From Squalus acanthias (taxonomy: Eukaryota): a DNA stretch of 64,000 nucleotides. Positions 61,801 through 64,000 of the stretch are shown piece after piece. The stretch's first letter is position 1, and every line of letters starts with the position of its first letter. The notes below the pieces were generated by a model. It did not search any database, was not told the origin of the DNA, and was given only the letters and a program-made list of their open reading frames with translations. Position numbers and translations under genes: made by a program. The stretch lies in the NCBI GenBank assembly GCA_030390025.1, contig CM059431.1, positions 153,576,001 to 153,640,000 on the forward strand, written 5' to 3'.

Positions 61801-63930
61801 TACAACAATATTGGCAGGCAATGATATAGGACAACAATGGGAAACATTTATTCAGCAGGATCCAGGAAAAAAATATTCCACTAAAAATCAAGATCAAGCT
61901 AAACATAATGAGACGCCATGGATGAATAAAGACATCAGGAAAACATTGAGAATAATGAAAGAGGCATACACTAATAAAATGGACAACAGGGGAGAGCATG
62001 GCAAGGGAGAAGATGAAGAGAATAGGAGAGAAGTCAAAAAAACAATAGGAAGGCAAAGGGTAACTATGAGATTAAATTAGCAAGGAACATAAAACAACTT
62101 AATAAAATATTCCACAGACACATAAATAAAAAAGGAAAATCCGGATGGGAATACGGCCATTAAGGAACGGTCAGGATAAATTCACAGGCAGCCATAGCGA
62201 AATGACAGAAATATTATATAATTATTTACTTCAGTATTTACCAGGGAGACGGTCAGGTAGACGTGACATCGGAAAATGAGATTAGAAATGATATAACCGT
62301 GTTAAAAATTAATAATGAGAAATATTAAATAAACGAATCAAACTAAAACAGGATAAATCCCCTGCTGCAGACGAATTACATCCGCGCATTTTAAAGGAAT
62401 CTAGGGAAGCAATAGAAGAGGCACTATGACACATATTTAATAATTCGGTTGAAAAAGGTATTGTGCAAAAGGACTGGCGGATAGCTAAAGTAATACCTGT
62501 ATTTAAGAAGGGAGATGGAACATATCCATGGGACTATAGACCAGTCAGCTTAACATCGGTGTTAGGATAAATAATGGAATCCCTACAAAAGGAAAAAATA
62601 GAAGAACATCTAGAAGTCAAAAATATAATAATGAATAGTCAGCATGCATTTCAAAGGAGAAAGTCTTGTTTGACCACACTCATTGAATTATTTGAAGAGG
62701 TAACAGAGAGCGTTGACAAGGGTAAAGTAGTAGACGTAATTTATCGAGATTTCAAAAAAGCCTTCGATAGAGAACTACATAACAGGCTAATGAAAAAGGT
62801 CAGAGAATGTGGAGTGAGGCAACAAGTAGCAGAATGGATAGCTAGCTGGCTTCAAGAGAGAAAGCAGAGAGTAGGGGTAAGGTTAGCTATACAGAGCGGC
62901 AGAATATGAAAAGTGGGGTCCCACAATGATCAGTGCTGGGGACATGTTTGTTCACAATTTATGTTATCAATTTAGACTTTGGAATCAAAAACACTATTTC
63001 TAAATTGGCGGATATCACCAAATTGGGGGAAGGGTGCGGCTTTGATAGTCAGTACTGAGGAGGGCTGCAACAAATTACAAGAAGACATTAATAAATTTAC
63101 AGAATGGGCAAATGCACTTCAACACAGATACATGGGAGGTATTACATTTTGGTAAGAAAAATAAGGAGGTCACATATTATTTGGAAAATAAGAATCTAAA
63201 TTGGACAGAAAAGCAAAGCGATATTGGATTACAAATACACAAATCACTAAAACTTGCGACGCAGGTTTATAAATGCAAGCGACAAATAAAATAAGCAAAC
63301 CAAGCACTCGGGTTTATTTCAAGAGGGATAGAATTGAAAAGTTGTGAATTATGCGAAACTTGTATCGAACCTTAGTAATAGCACACTTGGAGAACTGCGG
63401 ACAGTTCTGGTCGCCATGTTATAAAAAAGATATAGAGGCACTGGAGAAGGTAGAAAAAATATTTACATGGATGATACAAGAACTGCGAGGATAAACCTAT
63501 CAGGAAAATATGAACAGGCTGGGTCTCTTTTCTATTGAAAAGAGAAGGCTGAGGGGTGACCTAATAGAGGTCTTTAAAATATGAAAAGGTTTTGATAGAG
63601 TAGACAGAGAAAGAATGTTTCCACTGGTGGGGAAGAGCAAAACTAAAGGCCATCAATGTAAGATAGTCACCAAGAAATCAAATACGGAATTCATAAGAAA
63701 GTTCTTACCAATAGAATGTGAGGATGTGAACCTCGCTACAACAGGGAGTGGTTCCAGCAAACAGTATAGACACATTTGAAGGGAGGCTAGATAAGAATAG
63801 GAGGGAGAAGGGAATATAGGATTGTGCTGATAGAGTTAGATGAGGAAAGATGAAAGGAGGCTCGAGTGGAGCTTAAACGCCGACATGGAGTGGTTGGTCC
63901 GAATGGTCTGTTTCTGTGCTGCATATCCTA
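58810..63930 (+). mobile_element. Decayed chimeric CR1, paralog of 21083-25565
   Basis: Same double APE start (LKAVYLNARSIRK, then LNSLYSNVHYVRN), RT remnants and 3' end. Confidence 0.85.
60612..61353. mobile_element. MITE copy B (742 bp), AAT TSD
   Basis: AAT|GGCCCAAAAATTTGTG ... CACGAATTTTTGGACC|AAT; empty site in the paralogous CR1 at 23649-23651. Confidence 0.92.
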
Positions 63931-64000
63931 TGTAAACCGCGTCCATCTCCAAGAGAAAGCAATCAATTAACTATCTTAACTGCACTTACCTGACTTGTAA

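Larger units (their letters stand above)
54546..64000. repeat. Right arm of inverted segmental duplication (runs off the window end)
   Basis: Reverse-complement collinearity with 21010-28100: minisatellite, unique block, L2, unique block, chimeric CR1. Confidence 0.9.

Overview
Eukaryotic, repeat-saturated vertebrate DNA, most likely a cartilaginous fish: it has an HE1/V-SINE, abundant CR1 LINEs and a two-exon GPR139/GPR142-like GPCR. The only host gene is that class-A GPCR (12763-19293, +). Its exon 2 is an open 7TM frame, but exon 1 is split by a young 2.5-kb CR1 insertion. The rest is nested CR1, L2, RTE and Penelope fragments, hairpin-rich AAT-target MITEs, three satellites (26, 22 and 33 bp), a ~5.5-kb tandem duplication and a >8-kb inverted segmental duplication (~21.0-29.3 kb versus 54.5-64.0 kb). 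The most unusual feature is a non-autonomous LTR provirus (47867-54545). It has a perfect tRNA-Arg(TCG) PBS overlapping the gag ATG, a TGA-CTAG gag/pol readthrough context, and a pol lacking RT and the integrase core. Its ~780-codon env reads signal peptide, then an immunoglobulin-like domain, then a paramyxo/pneumovirus-F-like class I fusion protein (lokiretrovirus-like). Two related solo LTRs lie upstream. Family assignments come from motif recognition by eye, not database searches, and boundaries of old repeats are approximate.
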